Positions 1 to 10,309 of a DNA stretch of 58,272 nucleotides are shown here, in pieces. Made by a program: the position numbers and the translations under genes. The notes beneath the pieces were generated by a model, which was not told the origin of the DNA, searched no databases, and saw nothing but the letters and a program-made list of their open reading frames with translations. Position 1 is the stretch's first letter. Each line of letters opens with the position of its first letter. This DNA comes from Bacteroidales bacterium (GTDB lineage: Bacteria; Bacteroidota; Bacteroidia; Bacteroidales; JAIPAH01), in assembly GCA_021740175.1 (NCBI GenBank), contig JAIPAH010000002.1, positions 1 to 58,272 on the forward strand, given 5' to 3'.

Positions 1-124
1 ACACCGGGCCTGAATTGACAGTAGCGGCTTAACTGAGATTGGAATAATCATAATACTGACTATCAGATGTTTAATTAAACCTCAAAAAAATATATTTCTT
101 TGTATCTTAGCGGTTTATCAACAA

Positions 125-367
125 GTGCGAAACTTGAGTAAGGAAGGAAATGAAATATTATCCTGCTCTTATAAAAAGATATTTGAAATGGATAAGGGGC
201 TATTTAAGGTTCAAGCTCAAAATAAGAAATGGGGCGTGTTTAATAATGGTCAGCTAATTATTGATTCTAAATATAAGAAAATTGAATTAAATGATGATGG
301 CAGTATATTAGCCAGAAGGAAGGGGGTTAGCTATTACTTTGAGAAAAATGGAAATGAAATCTTTTAG
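125..367 (+). CDS. Small WG-repeat-like protein, possibly a gene remnant
   Basis: 80-aa ORF with a GTG start. KKWGVFNNGQLIIDSKYKKI and GVSYYFEKNGNEI resemble WG/KWG beta-hairpin repeats. No signal peptide. Weak call. Confidence 0.3.
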   Translation: MRNLSKEGNEILSCSYKKIFEMDKGLFKVQAQNKKWGVFNNGQLIIDSKYKKIELNDDGSILARRKGVSYYFEKNGNEIF

Positions 368-408
368 AGAGTTAACTGCATTTTATTAATTGTAAAATAC
401 ATGATATT

Positions 409-1185
409 ATGAAATGTCAACATTGCGGAAATATAATCAATGACGAAGCTCTTTTTTGTAAATTTTGCGGCAAACAGCAAAACCAAATTAGTGGTAAACA
501 ACACGACCATAGTAAATATAATTATGATAATACAACAGCACCGAGTGAAAGAGCTATTGAAACAGAAGATTCCCTTGATATTAAGCAAGTTCTTAGAGAT
601 AATAAGCTATTTTATAGCAATGATGAAAGGTTAATAGATACACTGGGTAGTGGGTTCATAAGTACATTATTTGTCCAAAATAAATTTAAAAAATCAGTGC
701 TTTTTTGTTCTGACAAAAGAGTATACCAACATGGTAAAATTTTTGAAAAAAACCTTCAAAATAATATCATATATTATTATGGGGAAAAAGTCGTAGATTT
801 AATGAATATCACAGGTATGTCTTTTCTGATAGACAATCCTATACATAAATTTAAATACATTCTTCCTTTATTTCTGCTGGGTATACTCGGTTTTTTTCTC
901 AGTGAAGATATTGGGTATGATGAATCGGTATACGTACGATGGCTTTCTTTTTTCTTTATTATTTTATCATTCGTGCTTTTCGTTCTATATTATGCAAAAA
1001 AAGGAAAGTGGCTCATTATTGAATATCCCTCTGGAATTGGGGGTGGAATGATGATGACTAATTGCAACTGGTATTCAAAAAAATCAATAAAAAGATTTAT
1101 GAAGAACATTTCCATCCAAAAGGAAAAATTAAATAGTGCTAAAAATGGAAATCAGGCAAATAATTATAGAACCACTGGGAATTAA
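409..1185 (+). CDS. Zinc-ribbon membrane protein, function unknown
   Basis: N-terminal CQHCG..(x11)..CKFCG zinc-ribbon motif. Two hydrophobic segments (ILPLFLLGILGFFL, WLSFFFIILSFVLFVLYY). Confidence 0.5.
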   Translation: MKCQHCGNIINDEALFCKFCGKQQNQISGKQHDHSKYNYDNTTAPSERAIETEDSLDIKQVLRDNKLFYSNDERLIDTLGSGFISTLFVQNKFKKSVLFCSDKRVYQHGKIFEKNLQNNIIYYYGEKVVDLMNITGMSFLIDNPIHKFKYILPLFLLGILGFFLSEDIGYDESVYVRWLSFFFIILSFVLFVLYYAKKGKWLIIEYPSGIGGGMMMTNCNWYSKKSIKRFMKNISIQKEKLNSAKNGNQANNYRTTGN

Positions 1186-1362
1186 TAAATTAAAGACATT
1201 TTAAATTTATTCAATCATTTGCTAACCAGCACTATTTTCCTTATAGTTTAGGTTTTTATGGTATTACATTGGAGATAACGCCATTTTGCCATGTTAATTG
1301 TTAATTAAATGGATTTAGATTACTTTAGTTCTGGCTATAAGTTAAAATTGGTTAGGGAGTTT

Positions 1363-1400
1363 AAAAAAGCCCGGTCAGTTGTCGAGGGCTGCCGGGTTAT
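1363..1400. terminator. Bidirectional hairpin between convergent genes
   Basis: CCCGG(T)CAG at 1370-1378 pairs with CTGCCGGG at 1389-1396 (8 bp, one bulge, 10-nt loop). A-run upstream and T-rich tract downstream. Lies between the 3' ends of 409..1185(+) and 1432..2301(-). Confidence 0.4.
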
Positions 1401-1431
1401 ATTATTATAAATAAATAAAACGTAACTTATA

Positions 1432-2301
1432 CTAACGAGCAATACGAAATCCACCGAATTCGCCATTGTACGTATTGCCAGGGCTATACCTTTCGCGTTT
1501 GGATACGCGACATCGGTTTACGTCACTGGCCGTGTAACCACCTCTCAGAACGCGTTCATCGCCTGATGAAGGGCCCTGCGGGTTGTTCTTAGGACTGTTG
1601 CTGTAATAGTTCTCACCGTACCAGTCATGGCACCATTCCATTACATTTCCACTCATGTCGCATATGCCTATTTCATTAGCTTGCTTTTGACCAACTTCGT
1701 GGGTTCGGTCGTCGCTGTTATCATAATACCATGCCACTTCATTCAGATTATCGCTGCCGCTATAGATGTAGTTCTGGCTTTGGTTGCCACCACGAGCGGC
1801 AAATTCCCATTCTGCCTCTCTGGGCAGCCTCCCTCCAGCCCATTTGGCAAAGGCGTTAGCTCCATACCAGCTTACACTCATCACCGGGTGATTTTCTTTA
1901 CCGCTTTCAACAACAAATTGTCCTTCGCTGTATTTGATTTGGCAATCGCTCCAAGCATTATTTTCTAAATCTTCCGTGATATATTCAACATTGCCATATT
2001 CATCGTCATTATAGCTGCCCTCACTGTTGCAGTTTATATCATTCAAAAACTCGGTGTATTGAGCGTTAGTTATTTCGTATTTGGTGATCTCAAAACTGCT
2101 TAAGGTAACTTTATGAAGAGGGGTTTCATCACTTTTACAATCAAATTGTTCATCCGTACATCCCATTTCAAAAGTTCCACCTCCAACATTGATCCATTGA
2201 ATATCGTTTGTACCATCGCTTGAATTACTACATGATTGGGTTGCAAACATGCCTATTGAAAGTGTTGCTATTGTTGCCATTGTAAAAATTACATTTTTCA
2301 T
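1432..2301 (-). CDS. Formylglycine-generating enzyme (SUMF1/FGE-sulfatase) family protein, probable lipoprotein
   Basis: Signal peptide ending ..FATQSC. Motifs HPVMSVSWYGANAFAKWAGGRLPREAEWEFAARGG, GNVMEWCHDWY and RVLRGG are typical of the FGE-sulfatase domain. Confidence 0.85.
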   Translation of the reverse strand: MKNVIFTMATIATLSIGMFATQSCSNSSDGTNDIQWINVGGGTFEMGCTDEQFDCKSDETPLHKVTLSSFEITKYEITNAQYTEFLNDINCNSEGSYNDDEYGNVEYITEDLENNAWSDCQIKYSEGQFVVESGKENHPVMSVSWYGANAFAKWAGGRLPREAEWEFAARGGNQSQNYIYSGSDNLNEVAWYYDNSDDRTHEVGQKQANEIGICDMSGNVMEWCHDWYGENYYSNSPKNNPQGPSSGDERVLRGGYTASDVNRCRVSKRERYSPGNTYNGEFGGFRIAR

Positions 2302-2329
2302 AGTAGATTATTTTTAAATTTAATTCAAA

Positions 2330-3355
2330 TTATTTATAGTAACCATTTTTCATTAAATATGTTCCAACATATTCCGTACCCTCTACATAAACATAAGTAT
2401 CCTCTTCATACTTACTTACTTCATTGATTTCATTTCTATCCATAACATAAGGTGAAAGTTCATCTGAAGCATCATCACCATATTTGTTTTTACCATTCAT
2501 AGTCACTTTTAGAGTTATTTTTTCTGCATCACTATAATCATCTACAATATTCCATATAACCTCAGCTAATTCTTGTGAAGTAAGTTCATAATCGTTATAT
2601 TCAATTTCAGTTTCTGCAGTTACAACTCCATCTTTTTCCTCAATCACATTGTATCCATTTCCTCCCAAAGATGTAAATAAAGTGATTAGAAAAACTACAA
2701 CAACAAAACCCGTAAGTTTTGGATTATTACTAATAGCTTGAAAAGATGTGTAAACTATTTGGTCTTTATTTAAGCCTTTAGCTTTTCGCATTTTTTCTTT
2801 GGAAAGGGGATACATATCAACTTTGGGGATACTTAAGTCAGGGTATAATTGATTCAAATCATATATTGAATTAGAGAGCAAATGTATTTGGTACTTATCG
2901 AAGTATGTTTCTGAAAATTTCGACTTAGCATCACTTATTAATTTGGGGTCTATAATTTCTTCTTTGAATTGTAGTTTTACATCTTGTCCATTCTTTTCGT
3001 AAATGATTTCACCATCTCCTTGCTCACTGAATTTTTTGAGCTTTGATAAAGGAATTGAATGATCCCGAGCTTTTTTATCCAATATTACTAATCTGTAATT
3101 GGTTAAAATAAACTCATTAGCAGAAAATAAAAAATACTCTTTCTTTAAAAGTGGAAATTCAAATAGTGCTTTTAGCTCTTTTTTAATTTCTGTGACACTC
3201 CAACAATATTCAGTCAACCTTTCAAAGGAAACATTTTTGAAACCATTAAACTCACTAAGAGGATCTTCTAAAGAATTATAGAAATCCCTCCAAAATTCTT
3301 CCGTAGTAGCGACATATTTATCAATATTTTCCTGTTTAAGTGTAATTTGTTCCAT
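2330..3355 (-). CDS. Hypothetical membrane-anchored protein
   Basis: 341-aa ORF with a single TM segment (LTGFVVVVFLITLFTSLGG). No family recognised. Confidence 0.5.
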   Translation of the reverse strand: MEQITLKQENIDKYVATTEEFWRDFYNSLEDPLSEFNGFKNVSFERLTEYCWSVTEIKKELKALFEFPLLKKEYFLFSANEFILTNYRLVILDKKARDHSIPLSKLKKFSEQGDGEIIYEKNGQDVKLQFKEEIIDPKLISDAKSKFSETYFDKYQIHLLSNSIYDLNQLYPDLSIPKVDMYPLSKEKMRKAKGLNKDQIVYTSFQAISNNPKLTGFVVVVFLITLFTSLGGNGYNVIEEKDGVVTAETEIEYNDYELTSQELAEVIWNIVDDYSDAEKITLKVTMNGKNKYGDDASDELSPYVMDRNEINEVSKYEEDTYVYVEGTEYVGTYLMKNGYYK

Positions 3356-3376
3356 AATATTTTGTTTTTATTTAAT

Positions 3377-3712
3377 TTAGTAAAACAAGTGTTTCTTAGA
3401 TTTATCTCTCCATCCAGCCTGATTTGGATAATCCACAAAACAGATTGTTAAATCTGCCTGATTCCGATAATCAACGAAATAAATTTTCTTTTTAGCTTGA
3501 TTAGGGTATTTTGTAAAGAACCATTTTCCATTATTTTTACCTGCTTGATTTTGGTATTTTACCCTGAATACCTTCAAATCAGCTTTTAATTCATAATCCG
3601 CCACAAAGACTTTCACCTCAGCTTGATTTTTATATTCTACTGAGTATACTTTTTGGGCTATAATATTGACCCAAAAGAAAAAACTTATACACATTAAAAT
3701 TATCTTCAACAA
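3377..3712 (-). CDS. Small secreted protein with internal (V/K)(D/E)Y.NQA repeats
   Basis: Signal peptide. Repeated motifs EYKNQAEVKVF, VKYQNQAG, KYPNQAKKKIYF, VDYRNQADLTICF and VDYPNQAGW. Confidence 0.5.
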   Translation of the reverse strand: MLKIILMCISFFFWVNIIAQKVYSVEYKNQAEVKVFVADYELKADLKVFRVKYQNQAGKNNGKWFFTKYPNQAKKKIYFVDYRNQADLTICFVDYPNQAGWRDKSKKHLFY

Positions 3713-3725
3713 ATTCTTTTATTGT

Positions 3726-4076
3726 TTACTTTTTGTGAAGTGTTACTCTTTGTCCACCAATGGATGTAGTTAGACTTTCACCATTTACATATCCAATTTT
3801 GACACTCCCAGTTTCATTATAAAGGTCTTCCCCCTTAACAATACCTTTTTGATATTCCGTATTACCTGCTATCGTTGTTTTTCCTTGCCAACTATCTCCA
3901 TTAATTGTGATTACAAGCTCAGCCGTATTGCCACTATAGGTATAAGTTCCATCAATTGTTTCTTTTTTTTCCGATTGTTCTGAATCATCGGATTGTTCTG
4001 AATCATTTGAATTGCAACTTATTGTAAGTTGAGTTGCAATAAATATTACTGTAAAAATTAATGTTAAATTTTTCAT
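3726..4076 (-). CDS. Small lipoprotein
   Basis: Signal peptide with lipobox ..LTISC, followed by an SDDSEQS acidic duplicated linker. Confidence 0.5.
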   Translation of the reverse strand: MKNLTLIFTVIFIATQLTISCNSNDSEQSDDSEQSEKKETIDGTYTYSGNTAELVITINGDSWQGKTTIAGNTEYQKGIVKGEDLYNETGSVKIGYVNGESLTTSIGGQRVTLHKK

Positions 4077-4412
4077 TTTAATTTATTTTTTTGTACCCTT
4101 AACTCATTTTCTTTTTCGGTTACGCCCGGTTTTTAAGCAGTTTCTGGACTCTACTTTTTATTTTGATGATAATAATTTTAATTCTCAAAGCACTTATAAT
4201 TAATAGTTAGTTTTCGTGTCAATTGGCTATATCGATTTCATAACTTAATCAAAAAAATGAAATCATGCTATGTACATTTCAAAAAGATGAATTTCTTTTG
4301 AAATAAATTTAAAAGATGATAAAGCTGAATACATGAATTAATATGTATAAACATGTTATCACATAATGATCATGAATAAAAGCAAGGAATCTGGTATTAA
4401 ATAGGCAGGAAA

Positions 4413-5705
4413 CTATTGGGAATTTTTACCAACTTGATACTTGAAATAACGTCTATCTGTCTGATCTCTATGACGTGAAATGATTTTCTTACCATCTTTC
4501 ATAGCAGATAAGGTGTTTAATTCATTGATTATACGTGCTCTTTGTGCTCTTCGATTATCATACGACGAATTGTCAATTTCAAAGATAGTATCAAGTTGCT
4601 CTGTCGAGAGTTCCAAAGATTTCATTTTAGAAATTATATTATAAATACGCTCCATCTCATTTGAATTAATGTGGCTACCCTCTTTTTTGGTCTTTTTACC
4701 TATTTTTCTTCGAATAAATATCCATGAAATCATTGAAAAAATTATAAAAGCGCCTACAATAATGATTATAGTAAATTTTGATGTTTGGTCTTTCTCTTCA
4801 ATGAAATTCACTTTCCCAATATTTTGTGCTGATTGAATAGCTTCATCCATATTTTTCATCAAAAGCTTATTATTGGAAGATTGCCAGTATAATCTATTGT
4901 CCGAAAAATAAAAATAAGGAGAGTCAGTGATCCCATAAGGTACATATTCTTTAAAATAAATTTTTGATGTAGATTTGTCTATAATTGTAAATCCGGTATT
5001 GGCTTTATATTTGTTATATAAAATCCAATAATTTGGGAGATTAAATGATAATTTATACCATTTGGTTCTCTGAAAATCCTCTTCTTTTAGGTTGATTTGA
5101 ATTTTTTTCCATTCTTTGTTATTTAACGTCAGCCAGTATCCGTTATATTCTCGACTCCTCTGGTTAGTTTTTTCGTCAGCATATTGTCCCAGAAAAGAAA
5201 CAATAGTATCCCCTTTTGTGCCTCTAAGTTCCCCACAATAGTTAGTGAGCGCATTATTTACACTTACAATTTCCCACTCCTTTTCCTCAAAGTCAAATTG
5301 AATAAGGTCGCTATGCCATGTCCAGTATCCATATCCACCCAGAGAATAAAGTTTATTGTTTATGATAAGAACCTGAGAATAAAAATTATATCCACTATAA
5401 ACTCCATCATAAAGATTAATCCACGTTGAATCTTTCCATACATGAACATCAAATGTGCCATCATTTAAGCCGTAAGTGGAATCCGCAATATTGAAAAAAT
5501 AGGTGGGTCTATCCTTGGAATGCTTTCTTGATGGGAACTTATTAATCATTCTTTCACTTAACGATTTTGGCAAAAACGAGAAGTTTTCGATTTCATCGAT
5601 TCTATCGATAACGATTTCTAATCGATAATCTTGGGAGGCATTAGAACTTAAAGATGATATTATTAAACTAAACAGAATGATTACAATTTGCCGAAGTCCT
5701 ATCAT
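4413..5705 (-). CDS. Single-pass membrane protein, Kelch-like extracytoplasmic part and basic cytoplasmic tail
   Basis: Signal peptide. Kelch-like W/Y-rich beta-strand motifs (LYSLGGYGYWTWHSDLIQFD). TM segment FTIIIIVGAFIIFSMISWIFI. C-terminal ..DRR..-containing region. Function unknown. Confidence 0.4.
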   Translation of the reverse strand: MIGLRQIVIILFSLIISSLSSNASQDYRLEIVIDRIDEIENFSFLPKSLSERMINKFPSRKHSKDRPTYFFNIADSTYGLNDGTFDVHVWKDSTWINLYDGVYSGYNFYSQVLIINNKLYSLGGYGYWTWHSDLIQFDFEEKEWEIVSVNNALTNYCGELRGTKGDTIVSFLGQYADEKTNQRSREYNGYWLTLNNKEWKKIQINLKEEDFQRTKWYKLSFNLPNYWILYNKYKANTGFTIIDKSTSKIYFKEYVPYGITDSPYFYFSDNRLYWQSSNNKLLMKNMDEAIQSAQNIGKVNFIEEKDQTSKFTIIIIVGAFIIFSMISWIFIRRKIGKKTKKEGSHINSNEMERIYNIISKMKSLELSTEQLDTIFEIDNSSYDNRRAQRARIINELNTLSAMKDGKKIISRHRDQTDRRYFKYQVGKNSQ

Positions 5706-6233
5706 AATTAAGTTATAACTGTTCTAAAACAACAATACTTTGATTTGCAATTTTAAAAATAAAGAAAAGATAACAAATGAGCGAATTTATGCTCTACTTT
5801 TTTCATTCTATGAGAATAAACTCAGTGTAATAAATCATTTTTAGATTGTTGTTTGCATATACTGCATATAACGGAATATGCGATCAAAAAAAGGCTACCA
5901 CAGGACGTGGTAACCTTAAAGCATTCTATCTGTTTATATGCTGGTACTTATGTAGTAAGTTAAAATCAAATAATATCTCAGCTAAATCAAAATCCGAATA
6001 ACTAAAATTATACTTATTCGAATTCTTCATTTTTTGTTGATTATTTATAGATAGATCACAAATAAGATATTAATGTCCCTCAAATCAAAAAAATAAGACA
6101 AATAAGAAAGGAGTGTAAAACCTCAACGTAAAATTTTAGTAATTTATTGCGATTATATATAAATAATATTATATTAGTCATTATTAATTGATAAATAATT
6201 ATATAGAGAAACAATTAATGAAAAAATTGAATC

Positions 6234-6947
6234 ATGACACTAAGTAATCCACAAAAAAGAACTAAGGTTAAAACAAATAAATTTTTCATAAAAAAAATTA
6301 ACTTCAAATCAGCGACTACCAAAAAGTTATTAACATTCACTCTTTCATTGCTCTTTGTATCTTTTGGACTCTTTGCCCAAGAAAAGATTATCAAAAACTT
6401 TAGTGGCTCAGGAGGCAAGAATACCAGACCATTTGAAGTGGATGATGGGTGGGAACTTCAATGGAATGCTGAAGGTGATTTTTTCCAAATATATCTTTAT
6501 AATGCCGATGGCTCATTGAAAGGTGTTCCTGCGAATCAACAGGGAGATGGAGAAGGTAATTCTTATCAAGCAAATGGCGGGAAATATTACCTGCAAATTA
6601 ATGCAATAGGTGAGTGGGATGTTAATATCGTGCAATTAAACACTGAACAAACCACTACCTCAGCAGCTAATAAAAAAGATAATAATGTGGTAGCTTCATT
6701 CTCAGGGTCTGGGGGTAAAAACACAAGGCCGTTTAATGCCCCATCAGGATGGGAAATTCAATGGAATGCTAAAGGTAGTCTTTTCCAAATTTATCTATAT
6801 AAAGCTAATGGTTCATTAGTTGGCGTCCCAGCTAACCAGCAGGGAGCGGGAGAAGGTAATTCTTATCAACCTAAAAAAGGGAAATACTATCTGCAAATAA
6901 ATGCAATGGGAGATTGGAAAGTGAATATAATAGATATTCAGGAATAA
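6234..6947 (+). CDS. Secreted protein made of two tandem copies of an ~80-aa domain
   Basis: Signal peptide LLTFTLSLLFVSFGLFAQ. FSGSGGKNTRPF..GWE(L/I)QWNA.G..FQIYLY.A(D/N)GSL.GVPANQQG.GEGNSYQ...GKYYLQINA.G.W.VNI occurs twice. The true start codon is uncertain. Confidence 0.6.
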   Translation: MTLSNPQKRTKVKTNKFFIKKINFKSATTKKLLTFTLSLLFVSFGLFAQEKIIKNFSGSGGKNTRPFEVDDGWELQWNAEGDFFQIYLYNADGSLKGVPANQQGDGEGNSYQANGGKYYLQINAIGEWDVNIVQLNTEQTTTSAANKKDNNVVASFSGSGGKNTRPFNAPSGWEIQWNAKGSLFQIYLYKANGSLVGVPANQQGAGEGNSYQPKKGKYYLQINAMGDWKVNIIDIQE

Positions 6948-7114
6948 TCGGAACATATTATTGCTAATGGATAAATTTGCTAAGTAATTGATCAATACTT
7001 ATTAATCTATTTTTAAAAATTTAAATCGCAGTTATAATTTAAGTCACAAATAGATTACAATACTTTGATTAAATAAAAATGAGCAATTGCTGTTGAACCA
7101 AAATAATTTAAGTT

Positions 7115-7330
7115 ATGGAAAAATATTCAGAGTACAAAGTTATCCTAATTACAGAAAGTGGTTGCAGTTCTATTTTCTTGGGGTCTGCTACCCTTCCTGT
7201 TGAAAAAGTAAATCAACGGTTAAATAAAGAAGCGAAAGAAGGATGGCAAGTAGTTTTTCAAGTAATAGAAAAAAAACGAACTGCTCTATTCTGGTCACGT
7301 GAAGCCCTTCTTGTAACATTAGGGAGATAG
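7115..7330 (+). CDS. Small DUF4177-like protein
   Basis: 71-aa ORF. YKVI..(x)..LN..AKEGWQVV pattern as in DUF4177, recognised from memory. Confidence 0.4.
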   Translation: MEKYSEYKVILITESGCSSIFLGSATLPVEKVNQRLNKEAKEGWQVVFQVIEKKRTALFWSREALLVTLGR

Positions 7331-7338
7331 CGGCAAAT

Positions 7339-7551
7339 TTGAATTTATCAATAATGAAAAAGCTTATTTTAAAACTAATTGATAATTATCAAAAAAAGGG
7401 GGGCGGAGAAGAACAGCTTTTTGTGACCTGTAATCTCCGCCCAACTTGTTCTGAGTTTGGTAAATATGCGATTAAAAGATATGGTATTGTAAAAGGAATG
7501 CGATTATTGATAAAAAGAATGAAGAAATGCACCAAAATGAATAATTACTAA
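7339..7551 (+). CDS. yidD: YidD-family membrane protein insertion efficiency factor-like
   Basis: IDNYQKK....C.LRPTCSEFGKYAIKRYGIVKGMRLLIKRMKKC matches the YidD signature (YQ..(x)..C.F.PTCSeY...Ai..yG...G..l...Ri.rC). Confidence 0.6.
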   Translation: MNLSIMKKLILKLIDNYQKKGGGEEQLFVTCNLRPTCSEFGKYAIKRYGIVKGMRLLIKRMKKCTKMNNY

Positions 7552-7937
7552 TTTTTATCTATATTTATATCAGACTTATTCGGGGGCCTTACACATCCAA
7601 TGTTACATTTCTACCCATACTTATATATAATTATATTATTGCTCTTGTTTTACATTGTAAACTACCAATAGTTTATTAATTATCAGAGTTCTATGTGTTA
7701 ATTCTGTGTTAAGTCTTCTAAGAAGAGAATAAAAACCCTTGGTAATTAGAGTTATAAAACAAGCGATGCAATATACCCAAAAAGGATATTGAAGGAGGCT
7801 GGATTGATTAGCCGGAATAATACTTCATTTAACCCAATAATATAGATTACTACATGTTATCTTCGTGCTACTATCATCCTATTGCTTTCTAAATTGTTGT
7901 ATTTAATATTTGATGAAGTGTTTGTATAAAAAAAGGT

Positions 7938-8744
7938 TTATTTTTTATTAAATAAGGTTTGGGTATTTTTATTATCGAAGTATCTTGTACCAAATTTGAT
8001 ATGATGTTCCTTGTTATTCTGCTCACAAAATTTAATGACTTTTTGAGAACACTCTTCAAAGAATCTTCGCGCATCCTTAAAGTTATTTATCTCTGGATTG
8101 TAATTCATCCTTCCAAATACAATCTTGTCTGCAAATGAAACAATATCAAGAAGAGCATCAATTTTATTCTCTGGATCAATATTTGGTGTTGGATAAGGTT
8201 CAATGCTTACCCAAGTTCTAAATCCAGCTTCATGTAAATGTTTTAATGATTTCAATCTTTCCTCGAATGGAGCAGCGTATGGCTCGTAATTAGTTTTAAA
8301 ATGTTCGGTAAGTGATACCAGAGTAACACCATATTCATTTTCTGGACTAAAGTTTTTAAGTATTTCAGGCAATACACCTTTCGTAAGTGCAGTAATCTTT
8401 ATATCATTCTCATTTAACTTCTTAATGATTTTGAGGGTTAATTCCACTACTTCAGGATACTTATACATAAATGGATCCGTCGTAAAGCAGAGGTGAACGA
8501 AATTAATCTTATCCTTATATTTCGGAATTTCTTTATCCAGAATTTCTAATGAATTCTCAACCAATATTGGATTTATCCATTCATCATATGATTTAATTCT
8601 CCCAAACCGTTTTGCCATCATCATTGCATAACAAGGGTATTTACACCCATGTGCACAATTTTCTATATGATTCAAACACCAATCACCGTACTCAACATTA
8701 GTCTGATACAGCAGAGAAGTTCTTTTTTTCTTTTTTATTTTCAT
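7938..8744 (-). CDS. Radical-SAM-like / SplB-like protein with atypical three-Cys motif CX3CX3C
   Basis: N-terminal ..NCAHGCKYPCYAMMMAKR.. compares with canonical CX3CX2C and with the GC..CYA of SplB/Gp37-Gp68-like proteins. ATGA overlap with the upstream TcmP-like gene. Confidence 0.55.
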   Translation of the reverse strand: MKIKKKKRTSLLYQTNVEYGDWCLNHIENCAHGCKYPCYAMMMAKRFGRIKSYDEWINPILVENSLEILDKEIPKYKDKINFVHLCFTTDPFMYKYPEVVELTLKIIKKLNENDIKITALTKGVLPEILKNFSPENEYGVTLVSLTEHFKTNYEPYAAPFEERLKSLKHLHEAGFRTWVSIEPYPTPNIDPENKIDALLDIVSFADKIVFGRMNYNPEINNFKDARRFFEECSQKVIKFCEQNNKEHHIKFGTRYFDNKNTQTLFNKK

Positions 8745-9943
8745 TTTGTGGCAAAGTTAAGTCTATCATCCTCTTTGAATCCTCCCCTATTTTTCCTTTC
8801 TCTTTTTCGTGAACTTCCTTGTATTACTTCGAGAAGTTTATTTTCTTCAAGTTCCCTGAGCGCATCTTTGATCCCTGATTCAGTGAGAGGAACTTCATCA
8901 ATTATCTCATTTCTGAAGTCAAAATAAGTTATAACTCTTCCATTAAACTTCTCATAGATACAATTATCACAGCCTGTACTTCCAGATTTATAGCAAAAAA
9001 ATTTCCCACAAGAATCTGTTCGCTTATGTTTTGGAAGTAAAGAAAATAAATCTAATGCTCTTTTTTTTGATTGAAATTCCATATGCCCACCATAAACTGA
9101 TGCTAATTTGGACGATATGTCCTTTAAAATTGCGCATCCTTTATAGTGCTGACTAATATGGAAAAGATAATAGTAAGTTCTCCTTTGCTCTGGAAACTCA
9201 AATTTATAAGGAACTACATAAAAACCGTGTTTTTTGAATTGATCCCGGTAGCATTTTACAATCTCCCGTTCACGGCTTCTTCTGTCTGAGGTTATGCAAT
9301 CTTTCCACTCATCAGTACCAAAAAGATCGTTCAATGTTGATTCAAGCTGTGGAGAACTTAAAAATTCATTTATTCTTGTATACATAAAATTTATTAATAC
9401 CTCTGATTTTGGAGTTTGCATCAAACGAATGATCGTTGAGTGCTTAATTTTAAATCCGAATGGATCAACAAAAAAGAAGGTTGGGGCAAGTGTTTTCCCT
9501 GATTTCTCAACTTGATCGAGGATTTTGTTTATTTCTTTATCGAAATCACCGTGAACGTAAATTGGCATGAAATTAATTCCATGAAACTCTATAATTTTTT
9601 GTATATTTTGAAGATTCTCATCAGCAGAGTCTATTATCACAACTTTGGCATTATTTATTTTTTTCTTTTTTCGTAGAGAATATATATTTCGAATTGCGAT
9701 GATCGGCGAGCCAAAGTTTTTGGAAATATACTTACCTGCTGCTATGTCATCACTGTTATGATAAGCTCCAAGTCCACCAAAACCGTCTAAATAATTAACT
9801 CCACTATATTTACCAAGAATACTTAACCAAACAGGTAAATACTTTTTTAGTAAAGTGTGTTTAATTTCTGTTTGTTTCTGATAAGGCCAAGTAACAAAAT
9901 TTACGTTAGGCCATTTTATTGTACTATTATTTAATTCCCTCAT
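8741..9943 (-). CDS. tcmP: Three-Cys-motif partner protein TcmP-like (methyltransferase-fold) with C-terminal Cys-rich and wHTH-like tail
   Basis: WPYQKQTEIKHTLLKKYLPVWLSIL....YLDGFGGLGAY....GSPIIA....FFFVDPFGFK matches my recollection of the TcmP family (TIGR04474). Partnered with a three-Cys radical-SAM-like gene as that family is defined. C-terminal CGKFFC..(x7)..CDNC. Confidence 0.6.
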   Translation of the reverse strand: MRELNNSTIKWPNVNFVTWPYQKQTEIKHTLLKKYLPVWLSILGKYSGVNYLDGFGGLGAYHNSDDIAAGKYISKNFGSPIIAIRNIYSLRKKKKINNAKVVIIDSADENLQNIQKIIEFHGINFMPIYVHGDFDKEINKILDQVEKSGKTLAPTFFFVDPFGFKIKHSTIIRLMQTPKSEVLINFMYTRINEFLSSPQLESTLNDLFGTDEWKDCITSDRRSREREIVKCYRDQFKKHGFYVVPYKFEFPEQRRTYYYLFHISQHYKGCAILKDISSKLASVYGGHMEFQSKKRALDLFSLLPKHKRTDSCGKFFCYKSGSTGCDNCIYEKFNGRVITYFDFRNEIIDEVPLTESGIKDALRELEENKLLEVIQGSSRKRERKNRGGFKEDDRLNFATK

Positions 9944-10309
9944 TGTTTACTATTTTATTAACCATAAAAATAACAAATTTAAATATTCATAGTATTCTCT
10001 TGCATTTTGGAGAATATTTATTCAATCTTATTCACTTTATTATATAAATAATCCCATAGGGCTTGAGACACAATTATATTATCTTTGATTATAAATTTTT
10101 AGTATAAGCTTATATGAATTTATCATAAGGGGACAATAAAGAATAACATCATTCTATAAACAAAAATAACTATAAAATTTGATTTTCTCATTTAGTTTAT
10201 TACTTTAGTATAAATTTATTGATACAGATAACCCATTATTTTTTTGAGATGTAAAATAAAATTCAGACTATCAATGATATAGCAATTCAAATTTTTACTT
10301 TTATTTAAT

